Under the pieces are notes generated by a model. The model did not search any database, had not been told where the DNA came from, and was given only the letters and a program-made list of their open reading frames with translations. A stretch of 64,000 nt of DNA, taken from positions 1-64,000 of the forward strand of contig QPGO01000091.1 in assembly GCA_008632985.1 (NCBI GenBank), given 5' to 3'. The position numbers were made by a program, and so were the translations under genes. Of the stretch, positions 24,163-36,649 are shown piece by piece. The stretch comes from Psammoneis japonica (taxonomy: Eukaryota). Numbering within the stretch: the stretch's first letter is position 1; each line of letters opens with the position of its first letter.

Positions 24163-24860
24163 AGTGAAACTTTGAGGAGTCGTCCTTCGTCTCGAATCCG
24201 CTGCATGAAAACCACAAACTGAAAGGGTTGGTAGAGCATCATCCTCCACCATCATGCCTGCTTGAGGTCGGCTGAGGGAGCTCTTCTTGGTCAGTGGCTG
24301 AATCTTCGAGACGATCTGATGGAATGGATGGACTCAAAGGCCAAAGGCCCGATCGATCGCAGAAGGCTTGAGTCGTCCTGAGAGAAGACGACAGGACCCA
24401 CTCTAAGCGTCTTCAGCTGTGGTGATTGGGATTTAGCCGTCGGCACTTGATGTGGTTTCTTTTCCCCTGTCACAAAGAGAGTTTCTCTATTTCACCTTTC
24501 CCTTCACGTTCACTCTCTAGCTAAAATAGGTAAGGGCCCTGCCGGCGTACCGTGCGGTATGGCCTGTACGTACTGTAAGTGGAAGTCATAAGTCATCCAT
24601 AAAAATGACCAAATCCGAATAAAAAACAATGCTAATTGCGAACTGCGAAATTCCAAAAAGAAGACTTCGAGAAAATGAATCAACCTAAAATCGATCCAAA
24701 ATTCCAAAAATTATCGCACAATCGCTTCAAACCGCTTAACTGTAGGGCCTACATATTTCACTCTCTCTACATAGAGCCCTACTACCGGTACTTGTGTACC
24801 GGTAGGGCTATTGTTGTTATTTGAACAACATCAGCCAAAATCATGCCGTAGGAGAGCATC

Positions 24861-25526
24861 ATGATCGTCACAATGGTTCATCCTGTAACTTCCATGGCCC
24901 GTGAAGCAGTCGCTCCAGCGGTTGGATTTGTATCTGCTAATGCTGCTCAGTTTGTGGACGTGTCAACGTCATCCGTCGTCGCCCCGCTGCTATTGCTGAG
25001 AGGAGGAGGAGGTGCCGACTCTACTACCGCATTGGATATTGCACGCGTCAGACTACGACTGGATGGGTTGCATGCGTACGCCGTCATATCAACCCTCTTG
25101 TTGAACGCATCGCTTCGACTCTTTTCGAGTACACCGAAAAAGTTTGCTGATAACGACACGCGACAAGATCGAATAGCAAAGATTCTATTTGCTATTGCCA
25201 TTGGAACGTCGATTGCAGCTGGAGCCTACACAACTGTTGTGTTTAGCTTGTGTGGTCTCTATTCGAAAAGTGCACTTGGACTGGAAAAAGATATCGAGTA
25301 TGTCAAATTCTTTGACGCAACACAGAGATACCGGAATTCTGCTTTTGATAGCTTTGTCTTGAGCTTGCTCTGCATCAATGCTTCCTTTGTGCTTTCCTTG
25401 TTTTTGAACTATGACGGGAAAATGAGATGGTGGACAGCGGGAATTGCTCTTGCGTTTGCTATGGGCAGCGTAATGAGTTGGTCTAGTATCATGATTATCG
25501 CAGGAAAGCTCCTTTATAGCAAATGA
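24861..25526 (+). CDS. Multi-pass membrane protein of unknown function
   Basis: Intact ORF, normal TA content, about four hydrophobic segments. Confidence 0.75.
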   Translation: MIVTMVHPVTSMAREAVAPAVGFVSANAAQFVDVSTSSVVAPLLLLRGGGGADSTTALDIARVRLRLDGLHAYAVISTLLLNASLRLFSSTPKKFADNDTRQDRIAKILFAIAIGTSIAAGAYTTVVFSLCGLYSKSALGLEKDIEYVKFFDATQRYRNSAFDSFVLSLLCINASFVLSLFLNYDGKMRWWTAGIALAFAMGSVMSWSSIMIIAGKLLYSK

Positions 25527-25701
25527 TAATTGACCAAAGCATTTTATCGCAACCTTGCGCTGGTGTTCTCCGTCTCGCCGCCATTGAGTAGCCGTTTTGT
25601 TTTCTTGTCGACTCTTGATGAGCCTTACACGTTCAATGAACTCATGACATTTCAGACTTGCTGTTAGAACAATCTAAATTCATGGCCAAATAGTTTTTCT
25701 T

Positions 25702-26481
25702 CTATTTGAGGATCGAGGGGTGGTTGCCATCATAAAACTTCCAAAACTGACTTTTGGCGGTTTCAAGAAAGCAATCGATAATTGCTACCAACAGGCTCAT
25801 CATTGCAGGATCTGTACCCGCGCAAAACAGTGCCCGAAAGCATGAAAGCTTTGCCATGCCTCGCACCTGCTGCACAGCTGCACACACTACTTGTTTCTTT
25901 TTTATAATCCAAACCTTTTTGTTGAGTTGCTTCATTGTGTAGAGTGGAGCATCACCTTTTCCTTGACCAGCAACATGAATGTTGCAAACTTTGGCTTTCA
26001 AGTCAAACACAACATTGGCGTAGAAGTACATGTCTTTGCTGTTTGCCGGCCCTTGAAACTTTACGGGATTCTGCCCGTTTCTTACTGGTTTAGGACTTAA
26101 AATGAGAAAGTAATTGAGACCTTTGGGAACATTTTTGATTGCAAAGGCAAGTGGGGTGTCGTTACTTTCGTAATGCAAATAAAGTAAATCTTCGAGCCGA
26201 CTCTTGACGCCAAATCCTGGTTTAGCTGGATGAATCTGAAGACCATGAAACAAAGTGTCCTCCATGGTGTCAACTTGGAACGTATCACCCTTATTGGAAG
26301 TACCAATCTTTCGAATAATCGTCATGAGCGCTTCGTCCGATGTGTAGTTGTCTTCTTTTGAGGTGAGCTCCGGTTCGCCGTCGAGTAGGTCTATTCTTGT
26401 CTCAACGAGACTCTTGTATTTGGGGATTGCGTCAGGCAGCTCTTCTTCTTTGATCGCCTGGGTTGACGCTACGCACCCCAT
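25702..26481 (-). CDS. Tubby-C/LURP1-scramblase-like protein with predicted N-myristoyl/palmitoyl start
   Basis: Starts MGCVAS; C-terminal AGTDPAMMSLLVAIID resembles the LURP1/Tubby-C terminal helix. Confidence 0.6.
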   Translation of the reverse strand: MGCVASTQAIKEEELPDAIPKYKSLVETRIDLLDGEPELTSKEDNYTSDEALMTIIRKIGTSNKGDTFQVDTMEDTLFHGLQIHPAKPGFGVKSRLEDLLYLHYESNDTPLAFAIKNVPKGLNYFLILSPKPVRNGQNPVKFQGPANSKDMYFYANVVFDLKAKVCNIHVAGQGKGDAPLYTMKQLNKKVWIIKKKQVVCAAVQQVRGMAKLSCFRALFCAGTDPAMMSLLVAIIDCFLETAKSQFWKFYDGNHPSILK

Positions 26482-27088
26482 AATATTTATTCAGAGACTT
26501 TTCTTTTAACCAAGCCGAGCAACACTGTGTCCGCATCTCAGAATGCTCCAACCCCGTCTTTTTGCAAGCCATCGCCGATACTGTCTACTGCGAGTGGATC
26601 CAGGATGTGAGAAAAAGAGAAAAGTGAGAGAAGATTAGAAGATTCGATGAGATTCGTCAGTCGTATGATTCAAATCACGGATCAAAGAAACAAAGAAAAT
26701 AAGCTTTCGACCTCTACTCTAGCTACCGGTAGTAGAGTCTAGTAGAGGGAGCCCTACCAGTACGGTATTCTTTTTGTAGTCTCCAGTCTCCAGGCCGATG
26801 CTGTTTCTGATTTTCGAAGAGAGTGTCAAAGAGCGGGTAGACTATTTATAGTGTATGGTAGAAGTACCGTATGTAGGGACCTGAATCAATCGGCCACGAC
26901 ACGTAGATCTGCTTCAAATCGACGCTGTAATGATGTGCTCCTATCCGCCATGTTTAAGTTGCAGTAATGAGAAACAATAACTTTTACGTAATAGGTAACT
27001 TGCAATGTGGCCTTGAAAGGATACGGAGCTGTGGCGTATGAAGCTTGTTAAGCTCGCATGTCCTACCGAGGCGAAACACGCGTGTCTA

Positions 27089-27568
27089 TTATTTCTTGCC
27101 ACATTTCAATAGCCCCGACATGGACAAGCTCAAGCCAACAAATGCAAAGATCGTTCGCGCATGGTGACGAAAGCAGAACCGATTGGTGGCGTCCTTGACA
27201 TTCAACGCCTCTTCATCTCGAAGCGCTTCGATGTCTTTGCCCAAAACCAACTTTGTGTATGGCGCAATGCTAAAGATACACGCCGCAGATAATGCCCACA
27301 GACTATCTTTTGTAGCGTTCCAGGCCGCCGCGTTGGCAATCGTTGTGGAAAGAACAAGGGGTATCATAAAGTCTCTGCCGCACGGCCACCAGACCTGAAA
27401 ATGCTTCTTGATGGTGTCATCGTTGCCATCGGGTGCTGCGCTGGCGTGCTGCTGGAAGCTCCTGACATCGACGGCAGATACAAATGCCATACTCCCAGCG
27501 ACAGTACCGGCTAAACCGGCAGAAAATAACGCAATCCATTCGTTTACTGAAGCCTTTGCCGTCGCCAT
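27089..27568 (-). CDS. DUF1772/anthrone oxygenase-like membrane protein
   Basis: AGSMAFVSAVD...WW..G..M.P...IAPYT...RHHARTI; four hydrophobic helices. Confidence 0.7.
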   Translation of the reverse strand: MATAKASVNEWIALFSAGLAGTVAGSMAFVSAVDVRSFQQHASAAPDGNDDTIKKHFQVWWPCGRDFMIPLVLSTTIANAAAWNATKDSLWALSAACIFSIAPYTKLVLGKDIEALRDEEALNVKDATNRFCFRHHARTIFAFVGLSLSMSGLLKCGKK

Positions 27569-27929
27569 GGTGAATAGGTGATCTTCAATCTGTGTTCGCT
27601 CTGTGCTCTACTGTGCGCTTTCGACATCGCCAGCCTGGCACACACACAACATTAACATACAGCCAAACTGACAAACAAAGATACCGTCGTGCCGCGCATG
27701 CACCGAAAGCACGCACGCGACTGGCTGTCAAAGTGGTGCTGCTGCTCCATCCAACGCCAAAAGGGCAATCGTTCAGCTAGTCTACGTAGGCAGCTCTTTC
27801 GTAAACGGTGTAGGCCCATGCACCAGGGTTTGTGCAGAATTTGACAACAACAGCAATTCCATTTTTTGATGGCAACAAGTGGAAATCTGCACAGATTTCA
27901 GCTGGGCGCAAATTTGATGGTGGTGATGC

Positions 27930-28418
27930 AACAGACGGAGTCATCAATGAACATGCCAATCACTGTGTCATTCGCTCAATTGTCTCAACACAATGACATC
28001 ACCAATGGTGCTGTCAGAAGCAAACAATTCTTTGGTGCCACACCCACCTTCACAGAAACAACATCCTCAAATGAAGATGCACCCCGCCATCAGGTCGCCC
28101 ACATTGAACCAAGTTCAGCAGCATGGAATCCAAGTGGAGGATGAGTCATCATTGGATCCAGCAAGCCTGCATCATCTGTCACACACTGTGCCAGATCCAT
28201 GTGCAAGAAGACCAGAGGCAGAGCAGCAGAGACAGCGCTCAAATGAAGAGAGATGGGTGCCGCCCCATCAGCTCAATTGAGTCAAATTCAGCACCAGCAA
28301 GGAATCCAAGTGGAGGAGGAGCAGCCATTGGAGCCAGCAAACCCAAGCCACCTGCCATGCACTGCACCAAATCCATGTGCATGGTGGAGGTCAGCATGGA
28401 GAGCATTGGCCATGGCAG
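27930..28418 (+). repeat. ~490-bp direct repeat, copy 1 (copy 2 at 43233-43711)
   Basis: Colinear alignment, e.g. ttgtctcaacacaatgacatcaccaatgg and caaattcagcaccagcaaggaatccaagtggagga; internal duplication within the unit. Confidence 0.92.
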
Positions 28419-28657
28419 TTGATTTTTTGTCGAAGACCTCTCTCCTCAATGGACCAGCGCTGATGTGGGCCGCATCAGAGCGGGGAACAATTTGCCCGGG
28501 GGCAATTGAACAATTTGGGCTGCCTTTGATCTTTAATTTGGAGCTCGACTGCATTGTGATGAATGAGGCAACACCCACGTGCTCAGTTTTTAATTTGTTT
28601 CCTTCACTCCGTTGATTCCACCAGCAGCTTTCAATTTGCCAGTTTGTTGCCAAATGT

Positions 28658-29448
28658 TCAAACTGCTGCCTGTTGTGGCGGGCCCACCACCCACAAATCC
28701 ATGTCTTTGATGTTCTCCTCTTCTTCATCATCTCCTGCTTCCAACTGCTTGCTGTTGTCATCTTGGGTCTGTTCTGTCCCATCCACGTGCTCCCAGAGCT
28801 GTCTCGACCAAACCTCGTCGCACTCGTCTGCGTCTTTGCTCAATCTCTTTTGGTTGATCACGCTTCCCAATTTTTTGCATCTGTCCAGTCCCTTCTTGTT
28901 CCAACCCTGTTGACCCTTTTGCACTTGATTCATTTGATTGCCCTGCTTCTTGCTGCCTTTGCTGCACTTTGCCTCCGGGGTGCACCCCGCCTTCTTTTCC
29001 ACCTTCAACTCCTCCTTTGTTTTGCCGTGCATGTGCACCCACTTGCCCCAATTGTTCTCCAACACCAGCAGGCCAAATGCTTCATTGCTTGCAGATGCCA
29101 ACCTGTTCAAGCAATGTCTTAATTTGAGCTGATGCTTCCACATCATCTTTCCCACCACTGGTGGCAGGAAGTGCAGGGTGAAGCAGCTGTGGGCGTCCAT
29201 GTCATCTCTCCCCTTTAGCATGTCACCCAGCAACGGCATCTTGGTGCTTTCATTGGCTTGTGCGTTTCTCTTTTTGTGATCAACACACCCTGTTCACTCA
29301 TGCAACTCAAAGCAACAATGTGCAAGCATTGTTGCTCCATTGCAACGCCACCTCTGCAACCAGTTTTGATGCAGCACTTGTGGAGGAACTCTTTCTTAAG
29401 TTCCCCACACATGTTGTTCCTCTTTCTTGTTGTCTGCCCCTTTGACAA
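28658..29448 (-). pseudogene. TE-associated hypothetical ORF
   Basis: SNEAFGLLVLENNWGKW ... GWNKKGLDR motifs, recalled from diatom TE accessory ORFs; function unknown. Confidence 0.45.
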
Positions 29449-29699
29449 TTTCCAGAATGGAGCTCATTTTTCTTGGGGCACATTGATTTTGAAGAGCACA
29501 ATGTCAGCTGCTCTGCCATTGCAATTTTTCACTGCCTTTTTGTTCAGGAATTTGCGCTGTCGGAACAATGCATTCTTGCAGCAGTTCTCCAAAACAATCT
29601 TGTCCCTGTCATCAATTTGTTCATTGCATTGCTTCTTCCTTCTTTTCTTGCCAAGAAAAGAAGGAAGAAGGGTTCACCGAGCCATCTCCGCCAATCCAT

Positions 29700-30409
29700 G
29701 GACAACAAACAAGTCGGATCACAAAATGCGTGCGGCGGGCGATGCGGCCAATCACCACCTGGGTGGTTCCTCGTGCGTGTTGAAGCACAATGCTTCAAAC
29801 AAGGCTGTTTTGTTCCTGTGGAAGGGAAAACAAAAGCAGTGCCAGGTGCACCCTGTTCTCCTGAAATTTGCAGGGAAAAAGTGGAAGGAATGTGTTGGTG
29901 ACGGAGAGAACCAGACAAAAAGCATTCTTTGCAAAACTGAGTGTTGCAACAAAAATGGCATTGACACTTGCCGCGCACACCCGGACTGCAACAGTGAAGG
30001 CGCCATTCATGACTGGGCAAATGTAAACTTTGGAACTCGGTGCGGTGATTTGTTCTTCCCTTCACGACTTCATTCTTTCTTTCAAAGAAAGAGCGATGGT
30101 GAGTCATTTGCAACTGTGCATCCTTGCACTTGCCAGGCGGACAAGCGCACCATGGTGGAACGCATGCAACACACCGACCTTGTCAGTTGATGGCAATTGG
30201 ATCAAGTGAAAAACCAAGATTTGTCCACACGCGACAAAGCCGTGCATGCTCCAAAACTGCACTTGGTTCCAATTGAGGCGGTCGGTGAAAAATTGCAGGT
30301 GTGCGAGGAACAACCGGGAATTGCAGAGTCACACGAGAAGACAAAGCACGTTTGGGCAGTTCAAGACAGGAGAAAAACATGGGCGGCCAAGTTTCACAAT
30401 GGCCGTTGA
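29700..30409 (+). pseudogene. C-terminal fragment of a Plavaka/CMC-like transposase
   Basis: CRAHPDCNSEGAIHDWANVNF...FPSRLHSFF resembles (Y)RAHPxYxxxGxWYDW with Y->C/H. Confidence 0.5.
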
Positions 30410-30585
30410 TGGGCACAATCGAAAATTGGTGACTGCAAACAGTGCTTCACAATTCGAAACAGTGCCAGAGCCTGCCATTGTGGGAACATGCGCAATTTCG
30501 GAAACAGATGACACAACCAGGACAACCCTCAGCACTCACCTAATTCATGCAGTTGACAATGCACTTGGAATTGAATGAGTCAGCT

Positions 30586-31437
30586 TCATTCGTTGATGTG
30601 CGGGTCCAGAAACCACCGGGGCCACGGGTCAAGGTGAGTCTGCCAATTTGGCATGCTTCTTTTGAACGAAAAAAACTTCCATGGATTTTTTGGATCACAA
30701 CTTGGAACTTCTCTCATGAAGTCTGAGTCTGCGTCCCTTTCTGTTTCTGGAAGTGTTTCCCAAATTTCCTGTTCCATGACTCCCAAATGCATGGCTTCCT
30801 GGTCGGATGGTTTTCCCAGCCAATCCCCCCTGTCTTGTTCTGCGATTTCGAGTGACGTTTGGTGTGTCGTAATTTCGTCCATCACCGTTTCGTGAGTCAT
30901 CAATTGAATCAGCGCATGTTCTTCTGTGTGCTCCAAGTTGCACACGACTTGGGAGAGGGACCACAGGTTGCACGGGGCTGTGATGCGACACCTTTCAAAC
31001 TTGGGATGCAACAAGGACAGCAACATCTCTTTTGGGTTTTCGCGGAAGAAGCGATTGCCGAAAGACGTCATGTTCCACCTGCTGCATTGCATCCAGCAAT
31101 GGTCCATGCAAATCTGGATGAATCCACTGTTCTTAAAATCAATTTCACCGCCGAATCGTGACTTCACATGACACACAAAATCCTTTGCAGAAATGTTGCA
31201 ATTGAGGTGGTGCACGGCACTTCCATCCTGCAGAGAGATGGTGCGCACCTCAACGCTGGCGTTCGTGTGTGGGTTTTCCGCAACTTGACACCTTGCCTTG
31301 TCTCTTCGATGCTGAGTGTTTGCCACGGCCTGCACCCCACGGTCAGAACAAAGCTCGTTGAAGGACAGCTGTCCGGCATTTGCAGGCCTGGTCATGCACA
31401 GCCACAAAATTTTGGCACTGCTGTCACGACTGTGCAT
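30586..31437 (-). pseudogene. Hypothetical TE-associated ORF
   Basis: 283-aa Tyr-free ORF downstream of copy B; no family recognised. Confidence 0.3.
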
Positions 31438-34400
31438 TGTTAAAAAGCAGGGCAGAAAGAGTCACACATGAGCCACAACAGCAATTGACACTCAAGTCGC
31501 AAAGGAGAAGGTGCAAGACTTGTGCTGAAGTTGCCTCCACGCATTCATCCACATCCACAGTGGGATTTTGTGAAAGGTCGGGTGGATTTGCACGGGCGTC
31601 GGTGGCATTGACAGAAACTGCCTCATCCTCAAGAGTGACGACATGTGCGCCGCATTCCGAAACACTGTCTTTGTCATCAGAGGATTCATCATGCAAGGAG
31701 CCAAGTTCGTTGTCTGCCACAACTCCGTCTGGTGTCAATGATTCGTTCTTGTCTGATGCACCAGAAAATGATCCTGCACTTTCTTCGTTATCGGAGGATT
31801 CATCAGGCAAGGAGCTAAGTTCGTTGTCTGCCACAACTCCGTCCAGTGCCAACAATTTGTTGTTGTCCGATGCGCCAGAAATTGATCCCGCACTGTCTTT
31901 GTCGGAGGAGGATTTTTCTGGCAAGGAGTTCATTTCATTGTCTGCCACAACTCCGTCATTTTGCATGGATTCGTCCTTGTCAGATGATCCCAACAATGAG
32001 TTCAATTCATTGTCAGCAGCCACTCTATCATGCAACAAGGATTCATCGCTGAGGTCAGCCACAATTCCATCGCAAACTGTCGCATCTTTTTTGTCGTAAA
32101 GGTTGGGGTCTGAGTCAACGCACTCCACAATTTGACATTCCACTGATCCACAGGGTTTGCGCAAACACTTGCCTGATGGAGAAAATGTGAAGAGATCTTG
32201 TCCGGAACAAGGACCATGGAACACACAATCAAACATGCAGGTGCAGCGATTGTCCAAGTTCTCACAAAGTTTGTGCTCTGTGCCATTCCAACCATGCTCT
32301 TTGGTCCCGGTCTCCAATGACATCTGTTGGTGCATGAGCGGTCGTTCATCTGGGTCAATGTGGGCCAGTTGAGCGGCAGCTCTGGAATTGAACACAGGAT
32401 GCACCATGTCGTTCAGACGTGGGTGGTCCTTCACCACAACACCGGACAGATCGAGACAATGCAGCACTGACATGAGATGAATCTCGCTAAAATCTGCTCC
32501 CCTGTGTGCCCAAATGTTGCAGGCAGCCTTGCAGCATTGTTCCATTAAATTGGGACAAAACTCATTGGTGATGACATTGTCGTTGAGCCAAAGCAGCACT
32601 GCATGGATTTCATCAACCATCAGGTCGACTGGGTCATCAGTGGTGCCAATGTGCCTGTCGTCAATTAAAACCTCAGCGAACTCATCGCAGGTCAAATTGG
32701 CAGGGCCAATCCCACCTGCCTGTGGATCACCAAACAAAACGCCAAACTCATTCATCAAGCAATCGGCGAATTGTAGAAATGGGTCAATGCCTTGGCAACA
32801 TGGCTCAGGCAGGCACTTGTCACCAACACAGCAGAATCGGTGATGCCCAGTCGGATGATCAGCGTGAATGGCCAACCACATGACTTGCTTCGGATCTGGC
32901 CCAGATCTGCACACAATGTTCTTGAAACAGAACAGAGCTGTGCTTGGGGCGGACAGGTGAAAGTCCCTCACTGGGAATGTGGGGAACTTCCCGTGTCACC
33001 GCCTCCACCGATGACAACATTGTTCCATGGCCGGCTGTCATCCAGCGAGAGTTTTTTGAATGTGCGTGCAGTCAGAACAGAGTCAGGATGGGTGGGACCA
33101 TCATGTTGGAGATCCATGTCTTCAAGCACAAAGTCAAGCTGAGCTCGGTTGTGGTGCATCCGAGTCAACATCGGGTTCATGTCGCACTCATCGTCACAGC
33201 ATTGACCAATGGGACTTCTGCTGTTGGTGACTGCCTTGAATGACCATGTGTCGCCAAAGGCATCCATGACAAAGAAACAACCAGTGGCTGTTTTCCGATG
33301 TCAAAGCCAGGTGCAGTTTTTTTCGTCGCGGTGTCCATCAAAAAATTGACCACGGGACATGCACAATCCCTGCAGGGTGACGTCCTCATGACGGAAACAC
33401 AGACAACCCATTTCATCACAAAATGTTTTCGAGTGCTCTTCATGCCAAAGCGACCAGTTGAACGGTGGGGGATTGCCAAGCTTCCAAAGCTCGACCTCGT
33501 TTTCGCAAAGCTGAACCGAGTCGAGAATGTCAGCGACCATGGCCTTGATTTTGGAAGACTCTTTCGCGTCAAAGTTTTCGTCAGGATCAAAAACATGAAG
33601 ACCGCATGTGGCCTTGGGTTTGGCTGATTTTGCAGAGCCGGGCTCCTTTGGATGATGTGACCGACCAGCACAGCCAATCTTGATCCTTCGTCTGTCTTCC
33701 TTGTCAACTGCAAGCGATCCGTCGCGTTTGAGATCTGACTCTCCCTTCAACAAAATGAAAAGCAAAAGGGCAGGAATGCACGCACGAAGGCAACCAAAGT
33801 GCCCTTTGTAAAGAGAGTTTGCATGACGGGCAACGGAGAGTTCGTCTGAGCAGTGATCGAGGTCAGGAGGATGCTCAGCTCTGACACGAGATGTGGCAGT
33901 TGGGTCGCTGACAGGGGTTTTGTTAGAAAAGATGTGCCAGTTTTCCCTGAGGTTGTTGGCAAGGTGAAAGTTGGCAGCGGAATGGCGAAGCACATGCTCT
34001 GTGTCGGTTGCCTTGTCAATGAGGTGAAGGCATGACACATGAGCAGCAACTTCATCTGAGGCAACAGATTGACACTTGGATGGGTCAAAGCGCTGTCGGA
34101 GTGTAGACTTGTCCAACCACGACATGTCGTTGGGGTCCAGTGGGGGAGACGATGCAACCGGGCCTTTCGTGGTGCCAGCCGGCGGAGAGGCTGGTAGCTG
34201 GGAGGGAGGACCTTCCAGTGAAGAGGAAGGTTTGTGGGAATCCATGGTTTCCAACAAAGTGGGAAGGTCGGCGGTGAGAGTGCGGTTTGCCTCCCGTGAC
34301 GCCGACGGCAGGTCGCCAGATGAGAAGGAGGACGTGCCTTGGTGGAGTGTGATGCAGTCTTTGACTTCTTGTTGGGGACAGTCAAGGAAGGCTCTTGCGC

Positions 34401-35592
34401 AGCAAACACACACAAGAGGATGAAATGTGGATGTGTGAGAAGACGGATGCACACAAAACATGCAGCAACAAGGGGGGGGGCACATGCTGTCGCACAAACA
34501 GTTGCCGTCTTTGCGGGTCCTCCTGGTTTTGCGTTTGGTTTTGGATTGATGCTCTTGTTTGTTGTCATCATCCAAGCAGTCGGCCCTCTGATCATGCACT
34601 CTGCATCGAAGGATTGTGAGCAACTTGCTGCACTTGGGTCGCACACCAGGTTGTTCCTCAGGACAGCACTTCCCAAATTCGTGGTTCAACATGGAATTTG
34701 TTTTTTCTTTGTACGCCTCCCAACGGGCAAGGGAATCACCAGCCATCATCACTTTGTTCTTTGTGTTGCCGATTTGGTCCAGAGCAAGGCATTCGTTGAC
34801 ATTGTCTGCCTGGGAGCCTGGGTCATTAGAATCGCATGACACTGGAAAGCTGTTGACAAACAGGCACCACTCCTTTTGCATTTTGACATGGCGAAAAATC
34901 TGCATGAACCAGCAGTCGAAGTCATTTTGTGTGCGCTGAATGTGACGCATTGCAATTTCAGTGACACAAAATGCACCATGAAGGTCTTGTGCACGGTCGT
35001 CGATCAATGATTTAAGATGGTCGCACTTTAGAAAATGGAAACAAGGTTTGCCGGAAACGGGATCATTCAGGTCGTCACCGGTGACAATCGCACAGACAAA
35101 TTCTGCCATGGCTTTGATGTTGTGGTGAAGATGCATGCGGTGCTCCTCTTCTTTAACTGTCTCTCCGGGTGTTTTGCAGAAATGGAGAGCTTCATCCAAA
35201 TTTCGACAACAAAGGTGGCATTGATCTTTCAGCGAGCGGGATTTCTTCAGGGACCAACCACGAGTCTTGATGCAAGACCAAACGTCAGGGTGTCCAAGAG
35301 TTTTCCTGACGACATTGTTGGTGCGGACAACTTCCATGATGTGTGGAATTTGATGCAACTTTGGCTTGCGGCAAAGGAAGGGAAGAGCAAGAAATTGCGG
35401 AGAGGGAGTCCATTTCGTCGTTTTTTTGGATGCAGGCATTGAAATTGTGCTTTTGAGCTTGGGACCAAACAATTCCATTCCAAAACCATTGGCAAAATGT
35501 TCCACGTCATCAAAATCACATTCATCAGGAAATTGGAAGGAAGGATCGGGGTCGACCTCGTCATGGGATGGGGTGAAGTCGTTGACCGCCAT
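31424..35592 (-). pseudogene. Large uncharacterised protein, copy B: HxD..N motif plus helical region with EHxLCE
   Basis: ORFs 33301-35592, 32968-33267 and 31424-32971; FFDGHRDEKNC (His codon 33331-33333), DFSEIHLMSVLHCLDLSGV, TEHKLCEN (EHKLCE 32261-32278), FD..F...GQDLF. Confidence 0.5.
31640..32080 (-). repeat. Acidic 38-aa (114-bp) coding tandem repeats
   Basis: DGVVADNELSSLPDESSDNEESAGSFSGASDKNESLTP about three times, plus partial units. Confidence 0.85.
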
Positions 35593-36649
35593 GGCAAGAG
35601 GTCAGTTGTGATTTGCGTAGAAAGCACATGGATGACAACAGCACATGCTCAGGTTGAGTGCAGCTTGGGGAGAGGATGCACTGTCATGAAATGCGCAGAC
35701 AATTGCGCACGTGGAATGAGTGCTCGAAGCCGGGTGGAGAGCCATGCACAGAAATTCCAGGAGGTGCTGGAAAAATGACACTGGAAATGTGTGTGGGGGG
35801 AGACTGGAGCGCACCGAACAGCAGAGGATGCACCAGTCAACACGGTGGGGTGTGCATGATGTGGAGCTGTTAAAAACCAAAATCAAAGACATCGGTTCAA
35901 CAAAAATGTGACAATGAGATCAAATGGAAATTGTGTGCAAAATCCAATGAAAGAGAAAATCAAATTAAATTGTTGAGAATGATCAAACACAAACAGGTGA
36001 CAAATGTCGGCATGGAATGGATTTGACAAATTCAGTGTGTTGTTTTAATTTACATGCAAAAATCACAATCAAAGGCACAACAAAGTTGACATCAATTGGC
36101 GACATTTGTGTGTAGAAAATTGAAAACACCACTGCATTGCCACCTCTGATGTGCTGGACTCATGTCATCTTCCATGCCAGACAAGGTCAGAGTCCCACCC
36201 GTCACAACTGATCCACCTCCTCCCATCTGCTTGTCACAATTCTCACCGGCACATCCTCCTGTGTTGCAGCCAGCCCATCCTGTCCCTGTTCCCACCACGA
36301 CAAGCAACAATTTTGTTGAGTCATCCGCAATTGCCACTTGTGTCGCTCCAATGTCTCTTGCCTCATTTCGCTGTGGGCTTTGGAATGGTGCTCTTGCTTC
36401 ACTCAGGCTCGGCATGGTGGAACGTGCATTTTGACAGTTTGCAGAAAAGTGACATTGTTCACCTGCTGCACTGCGAATCATCCAGCACTGCGTCTGCCCT
36501 GCGTGCACCTGTTTCCATGCATTCCCATGTCTGCCTTCTCTGTTCAAAATTCTGGTGTGGTTTCTCATTGGTCAGATTCATCGAAATTTTTTGCAGGTTC
36601 ACAGGAGTGCATGTGTGATGCATGTGGTTTGCGAGACGACTCGCTCAAA

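Larger units (their letters stand above)
1..24480. mobile_element. TpA-depleted transposon-derived block containing a decayed Helitron and adjacent cargo-like genes
   Basis: Near absence of TA (about 22 counted by eye in 1-5200); RepHel motifs; Tyr->Cys/His in conserved motifs; TA returns abruptly at ~24487. Element termini not identified. Confidence 0.75.

Noticed and set aside
1..24480. Endogenous giant virus or Polinton as the source of histone/SET/RING
   Set aside because: No capsid, PolB, packaging ATPase or integrase recognised; Helitron RepHel is present instead
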